Shown here: positions 11,770 through 24,865 of the stretch, one piece after another
How the letters are laid out: every line of letters begins with the position of its first letter
Numbering within the stretch: the stretch's first letter is position 1
Assembly (NCBI GenBank): GCA_046308455.1
Contig: JBKDZA010000277.1
Location: 1-54,746, forward strand
Source: Fluviicola sp.
GTDB taxonomy: Bacteria; Bacteroidota; Bacteroidia; Flavobacteriales_D; Crocinitomicaceae
Direction of reading: 5' to 3'
Length of the DNA stretch: 54,746 bases
Program-made: the position numbers and the translations under genes
Notes under the pieces: model-generated
What the model was told of the DNA's origin: nothing
The model's database searches: none
Seen by the model: only the letters and a program-made list of their open reading frames with translations

Positions 11770-12306
11770 ATGAGATTGAAACTTATATTCATACTATTGA
11801 TTGCTCTAAATTCGAAAGCTCAGACACATTTTTTAAAAGATTACTGTGGGAAATATAAAGGCATACTAATTTTAGATTATCCAAGTGGAAAACTAGAAAT
11901 CCCTTTTCAAATTGAAATTGAATCAACAAAAGATCCTTTAATTTTCACAAATAGAACAAGTTATTTCATCAATGATTCTACAACAGATGTAAAAGATTAT
12001 GCATTGAAATTAGATACAACATTCAAAGATGGAAAACATTACATTCTAGATGAAAAAGATGGAATTTTAATATCGGAAACAGCAGTTGGAAATAGTTTCT
12101 TTAGTTTTTATTCGGTTTTAGGCGACTATTATTATGTGAAAACTAGTTACACAAAGAAATACATCGATTTCGAATTGACAGTTTTTAGTGGAACGAGAGA
12201 ACTTAAATCAAGTTCAATACCTGATGAAGAAGGAGTTGTTTACGATGTAAGTTCTTTTGAATTCGTCACTTGTCAACATGGTAAACTAAGAAAAGTTAAA
12301 AAATGA
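11770..12306 (+). CDS. Hypothetical secreted protein
   Basis: Signal peptide; GKYKGIL...KDYAL...YILDEKDGI; overlaps the next gene (ATGA). Confidence 0.75.
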   Translation: MRLKLIFILLIALNSKAQTHFLKDYCGKYKGILILDYPSGKLEIPFQIEIESTKDPLIFTNRTSYFINDSTTDVKDYALKLDTTFKDGKHYILDEKDGILISETAVGNSFFSFYSVLGDYYYVKTSYTKKYIDFELTVFSGTRELKSSSIPDEEGVVYDVSSFEFVTCQHGKLRKVKK

Positions 12307-13706
12307 AAGTACTTTTTTCCATTTTAATAAGTGTTTCCATTATACTTTTGAATTCATGTAAACCAATTGAAGCAAAACAACCGTTGACACAAGTTCAAGT
12401 AATTCCTCCAACACCTCAAAACAAATCTATAATTTCCATTCCAATTGAACTGGATTTGAAACCTTTTTTCGAAATGGGTGAAAAGCAAGTTCCAATGACT
12501 TTTGATGGCGGTGAACATCCATGTGAAGGTGTGAGTTTTGATTATCATTTTGTTCGAAATCCAATGAAATGGGATGCTTCAAATGATGTGATTAAAATAG
12601 ATGTCAGTGGGAAATATGCGCTCAAAATGAGTTATTGTTATGATTGTACAGATGCGTTTACAGAAGTTCCAATTTGTACAACTCCAAGAATTCCATTTAG
12701 TTGTGGAATTGATGAGCCAATGCGCCGGATGAAAATGCAATATACAACTCAGTATAAACTGACTGAGAATTATGGTATAGAGACAAAGACAGAACTAACT
12801 GAATTAAAAGCAATTGACCCATGTGAAGTCACTGTTTTCTCATATGATGCAACTGGAGAATTAATCAAAGAAGTTCGAAAATCATTAACAGATGTAGCAA
12901 AAGATTTAGATAAAGATCTCTCAAAAATGAATTTTAGAAAAGAAGTTCAATCAAAATGGAATGAGTTAAACGCACCAATTAAAATTGAAAATTATGGCTA
13001 TTTACATGCAAATACAAACACACTTTTTTTAAGTCAGCCGAGTGTGAAAAACAATAAACTTTCAACAGTGCTTACAGTTGTTGCATTTCCACTTTTTGAC
13101 AACAATCCTTCAAAAGGCACAATTTTACCACTTCCTCCTTTAGAAATAATTGAAAAACCAATAGATAATTCTTATTCTATCTATTTGGATTTAAATCTAG
13201 ATTACGATTCACTTTCAACTTCAATCCATTCTTTGTCAAAGGGTCAAGAGTTTAAAATTAAAAAGAAGACTGTTTGTATAGATAGTATAGCAATTACAGG
13301 TGCTTCCAATCAAGAGTTACTTTTTAGAGTTCAGTTTTCTGGTTCAAAAAAAGGAACATTATATCTCAGAGGAATTCCTGAATTTGATGCTGAAAAACAG
13401 GTAATTCAGCTAAAAACTATTGATTTTGATCTAGAAACGAAAGCGCTTTTACTTAAAACTGCAAAATGGTTGTTTTCAAATAAGATTTTAGAAGAAATTC
13501 AAAAAGCGAGTAAACAAGACATTAAACCACTTTTAAATGATGCAAAAGCTGAAATTAACAAACAGTTGAATTATACTTACGAAGATTTTTATTTTAGTGG
13601 AAAAGTGGATGAATTAAAAGTTTTGGAACTTTATCCTTTAAACGAAACATTGATGATTCGAACAAAAGCTACGGGTAAACTAAATTTAACGAATACGAAG
13701 AATTAA
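12303..13706 (+). CDS. DUF4403-family lipoprotein
   Basis: Lipobox LLNSC; beta-rich 467 aa; GTLYLRGIP...DFDLET...LLKTAKWL pattern. Confidence 0.7.
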   Translation: MKVLFSILISVSIILLNSCKPIEAKQPLTQVQVIPPTPQNKSIISIPIELDLKPFFEMGEKQVPMTFDGGEHPCEGVSFDYHFVRNPMKWDASNDVIKIDVSGKYALKMSYCYDCTDAFTEVPICTTPRIPFSCGIDEPMRRMKMQYTTQYKLTENYGIETKTELTELKAIDPCEVTVFSYDATGELIKEVRKSLTDVAKDLDKDLSKMNFRKEVQSKWNELNAPIKIENYGYLHANTNTLFLSQPSVKNNKLSTVLTVVAFPLFDNNPSKGTILPLPPLEIIEKPIDNSYSIYLDLNLDYDSLSTSIHSLSKGQEFKIKKKTVCIDSIAITGASNQELLFRVQFSGSKKGTLYLRGIPEFDAEKQVIQLKTIDFDLETKALLLKTAKWLFSNKILEEIQKASKQDIKPLLNDAKAEINKQLNYTYEDFYFSGKVDELKVLELYPLNETLMIRTKATGKLNLTNTKN

Positions 13707-13899
13707 GTTTTTCTTAAAAGTTTTATTTTAATCTATTTTTTAGTGAATTTAGATTCTTAATCCACTGAAAATAAATACGATTAAAAAAATATCAATCCAT
13801 ATCCTAGAAAACAAAAGGGTTTCAGCATGTTTTTGGTCTAATTATTGCATTTAACATTCTAAAAACTAGGAAATAAAATTAAAAATCTTAATTTTGAAT

Positions 13900-15075
13900 A
13901 TGAAATTTTTGACTTTCCTCATTCTGATTTCATTCTCTTTTGCCCTAAAAGCACAAGACATCTTCGTTTCAGATGCAATCAGTGATTGTTCTGGAGCTGT
14001 TAACATTATTAACCCTGGTACGTTTCAACTACAATTTTCTGGAAAAGGAGGTGTTGTTGAAGATTTGAGTGCCTACCCCTCATTAAAATCTTATCCTGAA
14101 AAAAATTCAGTTTGGTATTCGTATAAAGCTCCATACAAAGGGCGTTTTACACTTGAAGCAACTTCTGACAAAGGAAATCTTAAAATGCTTATTTTCCAAA
14201 ATATTTCAAACAATATCTGTGAAGATATTAGTCGTGGAACTGCAGAAATCAAGCGAATGATTACTTCAACTGGAACACATGTTGGATTAAACTTGATTAC
14301 ATCAGAACAAACATTGTATCCAATTGATTTAGAAGCTGGAAATCACATTTTAATTTGCTTTCTCGGTGATCCAACAGACAAATCTTTTATAAATTTATCT
14401 GTTGAATTTACACCAACGGATGGAGAATTAAAAGAAACTTCAGAAGGCGCTAAATTATTGGATGTTAGAAGTGATAAATCTGAAACAGGACTTTCAATTT
14501 TAGTTCGTGATGCGGAAACTGGTTTACCTGTAGTTTCAAACATTACTGTTGAAGGCATGAAATCTTTGACAGCAACATATAGTGCTTCTGATGTATTGTT
14601 GACAGTTACTCAAACTGGAAAAATCAAGTTTAAAGTTGATGCTGAAGGTTATTTTTTCACAGATAGAGAAGAACCTGTTTCACAAGGAACCGACAATGAA
14701 GTTGTCATTTGGATGGAACCATTGGGTGAAGGAAAAAGTCTCCAAATTGATGAAATAGAATTCGTGCCTGGTTCTTCCGAGTTTCTTGCAAGTGCAGAGC
14801 CTAAATTACGTCGATTAAAAGATTTCCTTTCATTGAATTCATTTGTGAAAGTTGAAATTCAAGGACACGTTCACTCAACTGGTGAAAACACTTTCGCAGG
14901 ACAAAAATTAAGTGAAGCGCGTGCTAAGCGAGTGATGAATTATTTGATTGAAAACGGAATTGATAAAGAACGTATGACCGCTGTGGGATATGGAAACACA
15001 CTTCCAGTCTATAAAGACGCTAAGTTCTCATACGAAGAACAGGCAAACCGTAGAGTTGAAGTGAAAATACTTTAA
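13900..15075 (+). CDS. OmpA-family protein (C-terminal peptidoglycan-binding domain)
   Basis: VEIQGH, LSEARAKRV, GYG, NRRVE; signal peptide. ATG 13900 preferred over TTG 13894. Confidence 0.9.
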   Translation: MKFLTFLILISFSFALKAQDIFVSDAISDCSGAVNIINPGTFQLQFSGKGGVVEDLSAYPSLKSYPEKNSVWYSYKAPYKGRFTLEATSDKGNLKMLIFQNISNNICEDISRGTAEIKRMITSTGTHVGLNLITSEQTLYPIDLEAGNHILICFLGDPTDKSFINLSVEFTPTDGELKETSEGAKLLDVRSDKSETGLSILVRDAETGLPVVSNITVEGMKSLTATYSASDVLLTVTQTGKIKFKVDAEGYFFTDREEPVSQGTDNEVVIWMEPLGEGKSLQIDEIEFVPGSSEFLASAEPKLRRLKDFLSLNSFVKVEIQGHVHSTGENTFAGQKLSEARAKRVMNYLIENGIDKERMTAVGYGNTLPVYKDAKFSYEEQANRRVEVKIL

Positions 15076-15076
15076 C

Positions 15077-15433
15077 TCAGTTTTCCCACTTTACAAGAAA
15101 TTCAATACTAGATAATTCATTTCGTATTATTTTCAATTCTTCAATGAATTGACCTGTTTGTTGTTTCTCCTGAGCCATATAACCAAAAACATTTGATGAA
15201 AGAGAAACCCAAAAAGGAATTTTTATCACAACTTTTTTATCAACTTTAGATTTTAAAGTTTCGATTCTAGTTTTAATCTCAGAACTTAATTCAGTATTTT
15301 CAATCCAAAAAAGACAAAATTCTTTAATACTTACTAATGCATCATTCATCTCATTCTCTGAGATATTTTCTTTTGTTAAATAAGAATTTAAAAAGAGAAT
15401 TGTATTCTTTATACTTTTATTGAACTTTTCCAA
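15077..15433 (-). CDS. Hypothetical protein
   Basis: 118-aa AT-rich ORF (TTG start) filling the gap just downstream of hutU. Confidence 0.55.
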   Translation of the reverse strand: MEKFNKSIKNTILFLNSYLTKENISENEMNDALVSIKEFCLFWIENTELSSEIKTRIETLKSKVDKKVVIKIPFWVSLSSNVFGYMAQEKQQTGQFIEELKIIRNELSSIEFLVKWEN

Positions 15434-15447
15434 TAGTTAATTAGAAA

Positions 15448-17445
15448 TTAAATCAATCCTTTAAAAATTGAATCATCAACTATTTCAGGTAAAGTTACTT
15501 TCAGTAAAGGTTCTTGTTCCATTGCACGTTTAATTGCGAAAATTGCACCTTCATTTCTTGCCCAGTTTCTTCGTGCAATACCATTGTTTACATCCCAATG
15601 CAACATAGATTTCAATCTACGGTCAGCATCAGAAGATCCATCTAAAAGCATTCCAAATCCACCGTTGATTACTTCACCCCAACCTACTCCACCACCATTG
15701 TGGATGGAAACCCAAGTTGCTCCTCTGAAAGAATCACCAATTACATTTTGAATTGCCATATCGGCTGTAAAACGTGAACCATCATAGATATTTGAAGTTT
15801 CTCTATATGGAGAATCTGTTCCTGAAACATCGTGGTGATCTCTTCCAAGAACTACTGGTCCAATTTCACCGTTTGCGATTGCTTTATTAAAAGCTGCTGC
15901 GATTTTCATTCGTCCTTCAGCATCAGCATATAAAATTCGTGCTTGAGAACCAACAACTAATTTATTTTCTTGTGCTCCTTTGATCCACTGGATATTATCT
16001 GCCATTTGCTGTTGAATTTCAGCTGGACTAGATTTCATCATTTCTTCTAATACAGAACAAGCAATCTCATCTGTTTTTTGTAAATCTTCTGGTTTTCCAG
16101 AGGCACAAACCCATCTAAAAGGTCCAAATCCATAATCGAAACACATTGGTCCCATAATATCTTGAACATAAGAAGGATATTTAAAATCGATTTTATTCGT
16201 TGCCATTACATCAGCTCCAGCACGTGAAGCTTCTAATAAAAAGGCATTTCCATAATCAAAAAAGTAAGTTCCTTTTGCTGTGTGTTTATTTATTGCAGCT
16301 GCATGACGAATCAAAGTCTTTTGAACTTCTTCTTTAAATTTTGCTGGATTTGTAGCCATCATTTCATTTGATTCTTCATACGAAAAACCAACTGGATAGT
16401 ATCCTCCAGCCCAAGGATTATGCAAAGAAGTTTGATCTGATCCCAAATCAATATGTAAATCCTCTTGATCAAAACGTTCCCAAACATCTACAATATTTCC
16501 TAAATAAGCAAGAGAAACGACTTCTTTATTTGCTTGAGCAGATTTAACTCTTTCGACTAAATCATTAACATTTTCAAGCACTTCATTTATCCATCCTTGA
16601 GAATGTCTAATATGTGTAATTTTAGGATTTACTTCCGCACAAACAGTAACACAACCAGCAATATTTCCTGCTTTTGGTTGTGCTCCACTCATACCTCCCA
16701 AACCAGAAGTAACAAACAAAGATCCTGTTGGAGATTTTTTAATTTTACGAAAGCCATTCAAAACTGTAATTGTAGTTCCGTGAACAATTCCTTGAGGTCC
16801 AATGTACATATATGAACCAGCAGTCATTTGTCCGTATTGAGATACTCCAAGAGCATTAAATTTCTCCCAATCATCCGGTTTTGAGTAATTCGGAATTACC
16901 ATCCCATTTGTAACAACAACTCTTGGTGCGTCTTTATGTGAAGGAAATAAACCCATTGGATGACCAGAATACATCACCAATGTTTGTTCATCAGTCATTT
17001 CAGACAAATAATGCATGCACAAAAGGTATTGCGCCCAGTTTTGAAAAACAGCACCATTTCCACCATAAGTAATTAATTCATGTGGATGTTGAGCAACAGC
17101 ATAATCCAAGTTATTTTGAATCATTAACATAATTGCTTTTGCTTGTAACGACTTTCCTGGATAATCAGAAATTGGACGAGCTTTCATTTCATAATTTGGA
17201 CGAAAACGATACATATAAATTCGTCCATAAGTATTTAATTCATCAATGAATTCTTTTGCTAAATCAGCATGTAAATTTGAAGGAAAATAACGCAAAGCAT
17301 TTCTTACAGCCAATTCTTTTTCAGTATCCGACAATATTTCTTTTCGTTTTGGAGCGCGATTGATCGTAGTATCATAAAAATACTTTTCAGGTAAAGAAGT
17401 TGGAATTCCTTCTTTGATTGCTGCTTGAAATTGTTCTGTTGTCAT
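15448..17445 (-). CDS. hutU: Urocanate hydratase (long form)
   Basis: HELITYGGNG, YGQMTAGSYMYIGPQGIVHGT, GRDHHDVSGTDSP. ATG 17445 preferred because the TTG at 17466 lies inside a TAATTTTG promoter element (17471-17464). Confidence 0.96.
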   Translation of the reverse strand: MTTEQFQAAIKEGIPTSLPEKYFYDTTINRAPKRKEILSDTEKELAVRNALRYFPSNLHADLAKEFIDELNTYGRIYMYRFRPNYEMKARPISDYPGKSLQAKAIMLMIQNNLDYAVAQHPHELITYGGNGAVFQNWAQYLLCMHYLSEMTDEQTLVMYSGHPMGLFPSHKDAPRVVVTNGMVIPNYSKPDDWEKFNALGVSQYGQMTAGSYMYIGPQGIVHGTTITVLNGFRKIKKSPTGSLFVTSGLGGMSGAQPKAGNIAGCVTVCAEVNPKITHIRHSQGWINEVLENVNDLVERVKSAQANKEVVSLAYLGNIVDVWERFDQEDLHIDLGSDQTSLHNPWAGGYYPVGFSYEESNEMMATNPAKFKEEVQKTLIRHAAAINKHTAKGTYFFDYGNAFLLEASRAGADVMATNKIDFKYPSYVQDIMGPMCFDYGFGPFRWVCASGKPEDLQKTDEIACSVLEEMMKSSPAEIQQQMADNIQWIKGAQENKLVVGSQARILYADAEGRMKIAAAFNKAIANGEIGPVVLGRDHHDVSGTDSPYRETSNIYDGSRFTADMAIQNVIGDSFRGATWVSIHNGGGVGWGEVINGGFGMLLDGSSDADRRLKSMLHWDVNNGIARRNWARNEGAIFAIKRAMEQEPLLKVTLPEIVDDSIFKGLI

Positions 17446-17540
17446 CCTTACAAATTTGAACTGCAAAATTAATCAAATGTTGAGAAAAACAGTAAACAGA
17501 TTGTGATAATTCAGAAGAAATACATGAAGAACTAGCAAAC

Positions 17541-17570
17541 AAAAAAAGGGCCTCAAAACTGAGACCCTTT
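17541..17570 (-). terminator. Intrinsic terminator
   Basis: Minus strand GGGTCTCA-GTTT-TGAGGCCC-T7. Confidence 0.8.
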
Positions 17571-17587
17571 CATTATTTTTTCGAATT

Positions 17588-20209
17588 TTAACGAACTATA
17601 TTAATAAATCCATTGAATTCATATTTTTTATCATTGATTGCATCTTTTGTTCGGATAATCCACGTGTAAACACCTGATTTAGCAATTTCACCTTGGTAAG
17701 TACCATCCCATTCTCCTTTAGGGTCATGAGATTCCCAGATAATTTCACCCCATCGGTTGAAAATGAATAAATCAAAATCAAACACATCTATACCTTCCAT
17801 TGTCACACTCCAAGTTTGGTTAAACTCATCTCCATCAGGAGTAAATGAATTTGGAGCATAGATAATAACTTCAGGTTTAACATCAACAATTTTAGAAACT
17901 GTATCAGAACATCCTAAATCTGAGTTAGCGATTAAAGTCACTTCATAACTTCCTACAACACCATCTGGGAAAGAAGATTGAGGCGTTTCTGCAGTTGAAG
18001 TTCCTGGTGAACCACCGTTAAATGTCCAAATATATGAATCAGCATTACTTGATGTATTCGAGAATTGAGCAGTTGTATTAAACATTGTCATCGGATTAGG
18101 GCTCCATCTGAAATCTGCAATTGGTTTTGGCAATACAACCAAAGCACCTGGGAAATCAGTTGAATCAATACATCCATTAGGAGAAACAATAATTAATTCT
18201 AAATCATATGTTCCAGCCAATAAAGCTGTAGTTTGAATCTCATTCACATTTATAAATTCATCACCATAAGACAATCTCCAAGTAGCGCTTGCAGAATTTG
18301 CAGGATTAGTTGTATTAACGATATCAAATACCGCAGGCTCACATTGAAGTGGGTTTAACACTTGATACTGTGGAACTGGAACTGGATGCATTAATATATT
18401 TCCAGTTAAAGTAATTGGAGTTGTTTCACAATTGTCTGTAACTGTAACAGTATACGTTGTATTTGTTGAAGGATTTTCAGTGATAGAACTTGTCAATCCA
18501 GTTGATGTTGAACCATTACTCCAAACAAAATTGTAAGGACCATTGTCACCACCTGAAACCGAAGCCGTTAAACTTCCATTATAAGTTGGACAAACAGATA
18601 CATCAGGAGACATATTTCCAGTCAACGGAGGTCGAACAGTAACTAATATCGAATCCATTGGAGATAAACATCCAACTTCATTTTCAGCTTGAACACTGAA
18701 GTATTGAGTTGTTGCAAGAGGAACGTTAACATTCGCACCTACGCCACCATTTTCCCAAGTAAAAGTAAAAGTAGTTCCTCCAGTCGCAGATGCAGACATT
18801 GCAGCAGAACCATTTTCACAAATTGTAACATCAGGTGAAACAGTCATTACAACAGGAATTGGATCAATAAGTACAGCAGTTGTACATCTAGAACACCCAA
18901 GTGTATTACGAGAACATACAGTGTATGTACCCGCTAAAAGTCCAGTCATTGTAGGATTAGTACTCCAAGTTACTCCGTTATCAAAACTAAATTCAGAAGC
19001 ACCAACAGATGTAATTGTAATTGCTCCATCATTGTATCCACCACAACTTGGATTAGTTGGAGTAGTCGCAATATTTAATTGAGAAACAATAACTGTCATG
19101 GTATCACGAGTCACACCACAAATTGTACTAGTTTCACGTAAAATAAATTTATATGTTCCCGGTTGATTTACAGTAACTGTTGGAGTTGGACTTGAAAAAC
19201 TTGGAGAGAAACTTGCAGTTGCTGGAGGAATTAAACCAACAGGTAACAGAGTTTGCCATGCAATTGTGTTTGGAGGTGTTGGAGGTGTTCCTGTTAATAA
19301 AATTGGAGAACCTAAACAAATCGTTTGATCAATACCTGCATTTGGTGCTGGAGGAGGAACAACAGTAATCGTAAAAGTTGCAGTATCAATGAAAACTCCA
19401 GAAGTTGGAGTTGCAGCTTGAGTTACAACAACATTGTATGTAGTAGTAACTGTAGGATTTACAGTAACTCCATTTCCTGTTGGATTTGAGACACCATTTG
19501 TTTGTAACCAGTTAAAAGTTGGACTTGTTAAACCTGGAGTAGCAATTGTTACAGTAGTTGAATTTCCCAAACAAATCGTTTGATCAGGTGCTGAAACACC
19601 ACAAACTACTTGAGCAGAACCAAAGAAATTTAAGTTTACATTTTGACTTACACCAGAATAGTTGGATAAACAAAGGATAAATGATTGACCTGCAGTAACA
19701 TTTAATGGATTCTCATAACTAGATGGAGAAGCTCCTGGAGGAAAGTTAGCTGGAGTAGACATTCCTGTATTTGCATTACATGAACCATTCCAGTTACAAG
19801 CAGCAGGAGGAAGTGTATTTCCATTAATACCAGCACAAGCTGTTCCAACAACACCAGTAGCATTCGGCCACATAATCCAGTCAAAACACCCACTATTTGA
19901 AGGAGTTCCAGCTGCATTTAAACCTATTAAAGACCACTGAAGTGTTCCTGTTGAAACAACATTTATTGTAATAAAGGTTGAACTTGTTTCTCCAGAAAGT
20001 AAACAACCTGCATTCCCAACTCCTCCTGGATTTGTTGATGGATTTGAAATGGAACCTGCAGTGAAATCAACCACATTTGTAGCTGGATTATTTGGGGCAA
20101 TTCCAAAAGAAGGAGTTGCACAACCTGGCACAGCTTCATTACAATCGTTTGGTTGAGCTATCGCAAAAACAGGCAATAAACCGATTAAAATATATATTAA
20201 ATTTTTCAT
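17588..20209 (-). CDS. T9SS substrate with type-B (gliding-motility-associated) C-terminal domain, PKD/Ig-like repeats
   Basis: C-terminal PNSFTPDGD...IFNRWGE...WDG...GVYTW; PKD-like FSNTSSNADSYIWTF; Cys/Thr-rich repeats; signal peptide. Confidence 0.9.
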   Translation of the reverse strand: MKNLIYILIGLLPVFAIAQPNDCNEAVPGCATPSFGIAPNNPATNVVDFTAGSISNPSTNPGGVGNAGCLLSGETSSTFITINVVSTGTLQWSLIGLNAAGTPSNSGCFDWIMWPNATGVVGTACAGINGNTLPPAACNWNGSCNANTGMSTPANFPPGASPSSYENPLNVTAGQSFILCLSNYSGVSQNVNLNFFGSAQVVCGVSAPDQTICLGNSTTVTIATPGLTSPTFNWLQTNGVSNPTGNGVTVNPTVTTTYNVVVTQAATPTSGVFIDTATFTITVVPPPAPNAGIDQTICLGSPILLTGTPPTPPNTIAWQTLLPVGLIPPATASFSPSFSSPTPTVTVNQPGTYKFILRETSTICGVTRDTMTVIVSQLNIATTPTNPSCGGYNDGAITITSVGASEFSFDNGVTWSTNPTMTGLLAGTYTVCSRNTLGCSRCTTAVLIDPIPVVMTVSPDVTICENGSAAMSASATGGTTFTFTWENGGVGANVNVPLATTQYFSVQAENEVGCLSPMDSILVTVRPPLTGNMSPDVSVCPTYNGSLTASVSGGDNGPYNFVWSNGSTSTGLTSSITENPSTNTTYTVTVTDNCETTPITLTGNILMHPVPVPQYQVLNPLQCEPAVFDIVNTTNPANSASATWRLSYGDEFINVNEIQTTALLAGTYDLELIIVSPNGCIDSTDFPGALVVLPKPIADFRWSPNPMTMFNTTAQFSNTSSNADSYIWTFNGGSPGTSTAETPQSSFPDGVVGSYEVTLIANSDLGCSDTVSKIVDVKPEVIIYAPNSFTPDGDEFNQTWSVTMEGIDVFDFDLFIFNRWGEIIWESHDPKGEWDGTYQGEIAKSGVYTWIIRTKDAINDKKYEFNGFINIVR

Positions 20210-20214
20210 ATTTC

Positions 20215-20565
20215 TTAGTTATTGCAATTTGTAAATGGAAATGGATTTACTTGATCAACACCATGTAAACCTACTTGAATACAAGTAGCAGCATTTTCTT
20301 TTTCACCTAACCATGATTTGAAATCATTCATAGTATATGAAGAAATGTCTTTTGTAAGAATAAAAACTCTTTTAGAAACTAAATCAACACGCACAACTTG
20401 TACATATGGATTTTGTTTTAAATGTTGTTCTAAATCAATTAATTCTTGGTTATCTAATGAACTAACCATACATTGTCCAAAAAAATGAACAGTGTTATTT
20501 GTAGTTTGAGAAAAACTGGTTGAGGAAATAATTACAATGAATAGTAATAATAGTAGATTTTTCAT
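20215..20565 (-). CDS. Small secreted hypothetical protein
   Basis: Signal peptide, 116 aa, three Cys; ends 5 bp upstream of the T9SS gene. Confidence 0.75.
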   Translation of the reverse strand: MKNLLLLLFIVIISSTSFSQTTNNTVHFFGQCMVSSLDNQELIDLEQHLKQNPYVQVVRVDLVSKRVFILTKDISSYTMNDFKSWLGEKENAATCIQVGLHGVDQVNPFPFTNCNN

Positions 20566-20651
20566 ATTTGAATGTGTTTTTTCTTAGACGTTAAAATTAT
20601 GAAATGGTTGCCCTATAATAAATTTTAAGCAAAGATTTAGGTCCAAAAAGC

Positions 20652-20679
20652 AAAAAAGGAGACAGATTTTCTGTCTCCT
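20652..20679 (-). terminator. Intrinsic terminator of eno
   Basis: GGAGACAGA/TCTGTCTCC stem with A6 on + (U-run on -). Confidence 0.8.
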
Positions 20680-20704
20680 GTTATATTTTTAACAAAATAA
20701 TCGT

Positions 20705-23088
<2,384 letters not shown>

Positions 23089-23145
23089 ACTAAACTGTTT
23101 TTGCAAAATTAGTTATTCTGAGTTTTTTACCTAACAATAGTTCAT

Positions 23146-23180
23146 AAAAAAAGGTATCCGTTAATAACTGGATACCTTTT
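23146..23180 (-). terminator. Terminator ending the alpha operon
   Basis: A7-GGTATCC...GGATACC-T4 hairpin after rplQ. Confidence 0.8.
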
Positions 23181-23202
23181 CTATGAATTTTATCAATTCT
23201 GA

Positions 23203-23778
23203 TTACTTTTCTTCTTCAGTTGATTCTTCTGAATTTTCAGTTGATTCATTCGCATCTTCTGATGGAGTTTCGTCTGCAACTTCAGGAGTATTTTCTTCTG
23301 TAGAATCTTCTACAGCAGTTTCAACTTCAGCTACTGGCGTATCGTCAGCTTTTTTAGTTGATCCTCCACGACGAGAACGACGTGTTGTTGCTTTTTTATC
23401 ATCTTTAGAAATGTACAATTCGTTGAAATCTACTAATTCAATGATACACATTTCAGCATTATCTCCTAAACGGTAACCTGTACGTAAGATACGTGTGTAT
23501 CCACCTGGACGGTCTCCAATTTTAGGTGCAACGTTACGGAACAATTCCGTTACAGTTTCTTTGCTTTTTAAGTAAGCAAAAGCAGTACGACGATTGTGTG
23601 TCGTATCATCTTTAGACTTAGTTAAAATCGGCTCAATATATACACGAAGAGCTTTTGCTTTCGCGATAGTTGTATTGATACGTTTGTGCTCAATTAAAGA
23701 ACAAGCCATGTTTGACAACATTGCTTTTCTATGTGATGATGTTCTACTAAGATGGTTAACTTTTTTACCGTGTCTCAT
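23203..23778 (-). CDS. rplQ: 50S ribosomal protein L17 (acidic C-terminal extension)
   Basis: MRHGKK...RPGGYTRI. Confidence 0.98.
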   Translation of the reverse strand: MRHGKKVNHLSRTSSHRKAMLSNMACSLIEHKRINTTIAKAKALRVYIEPILTKSKDDTTHNRRTAFAYLKSKETVTELFRNVAPKIGDRPGGYTRILRTGYRLGDNAEMCIIELVDFNELYISKDDKKATTRRSRRGGSTKKADDTPVAEVETAVEDSTEENTPEVADETPSEDANESTENSEESTEEEK

Positions 23779-23872
23779 AATTTTGAATTTCGTAAGTAAC
23801 GGTTAGTAAGAATTACCATCGCATAATTCTTACCACCTATTACGTCATTATTAATTTAAATATGCGATGATT

Positions 23873-24865
23873 TTAATCTCTATCTAATTTGTACTTAGCA
23901 ACGTTCATTCCGAAGTTCAAGTTTTTAGCATCTACTAAGTCTTCCAACTCAGTTAATGATTTTTTACCGAAGTTACGGAATTTCAATAAGTCATTTTTAT
24001 TGAATGAAACAAGGTCACCAAGAGTTTCAATATCAGCAGCTTTCAAACAATTCAATGCACGTACAGATAAATCCATGTCCACTAATTTTGTTTTCAACAA
24101 TTGACGCATATGCAATGAAGTCTCATCGAATTCTTCTGTTTCAGACTTCACTTCACTGTCAAGCGTGATACGCTCATCAGAGAATAACATGAAGTGGTGA
24201 ATCAAAATTTTCGCTGCTTCTTTCAAAGCTTCTTTCGGATGAACTGAACCATCAGTGATGATGTCAAAAACTAATTTTTCGTAATCTGTTTTTTGTTCAA
24301 CGCGGTAATTTTCAATCGTATATTTAACGTTCACAATTGGAGTGAAAATTGAATCGATAAAAATTGTTCCAAAAGGAGCGTTATTTGTTTTATTTTCATC
24401 AGCAGGAATGTATCCACGACCTTTAATGATCGTTAATTCCATTTCAAACTTTACAGAAGATTCCATGTTACAGATAACTAAATCTGGGTTCAATACTTGG
24501 AAACCTGAAGTGAATTTACCTAAATCACCTGCAGTAACTTTGTCTTGACCAGAGATAGAAACAATAACTGTTTCATTATCTGTTCCTTCGATTTGTTGTT
24601 TAAAACGAACTTGTTTTAAATTCAAAACGATTTCTGTAACGTCTTCTACTACACCTTTAAGTGTTGCAAATTCGTGATCTACACCTTCAATTCTCACTGA
24701 AGAAATTGCGAATCCTTCTAATGAAGAAAGTAAGATACGACGTAATGCGTTACCTACTGTGATACCATAACCAGGTTCAAGAGGACGGAATTCAAATTGT
24801 CCGTTCTTCTCGTCTGATTGGATCATTATAACCTTGTCAGGTTTTTGAAAATCTAAAATTGCCAT
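23873..24865 (-). CDS. rpoA: RNA polymerase alpha subunit
   Basis: [36 protein letters not shown]. Confidence 0.99.
   Translation of the reverse strand: MAILDFQKPDKVIMIQSDEKNGQFEFRPLEPGYGITVGNALRRILLSSLEGFAISSVRIEGVDHEFATLKGVVEDVTEIVLNLKQVRFKQQIEGTDNETVIVSISGQDKVTAGDLGKFTSGFQVLNPDLVICNMESSVKFEMELTIIKGRGYIPADENKTNNAPFGTIFIDSIFTPIVNVKYTIENYRVEQKTDYEKLVFDIITDGSVHPKEALKEAAKILIHHFMLFSDERITLDSEVKSETEEFDETSLHMRQLLKTKLVDMDLSVRALNCLKAADIETLGDLVSFNKNDLLKFRNFGKKSLTELEDLVDAKNLNFGMNVAKYKLDRD

Noticed and set aside
9132-17445. Functional link between the COG0523 GTPase and histidine catabolism (hutU)
   Set aside because: They are 5 kb apart, on opposite strands, with unrelated genes and a terminator between them; proximity alone is not evidence.
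23203-23400. Acidic low-complexity tail of L17 as a novelty
   Set aside because: Such extensions are usual in Bacteroidota L17.
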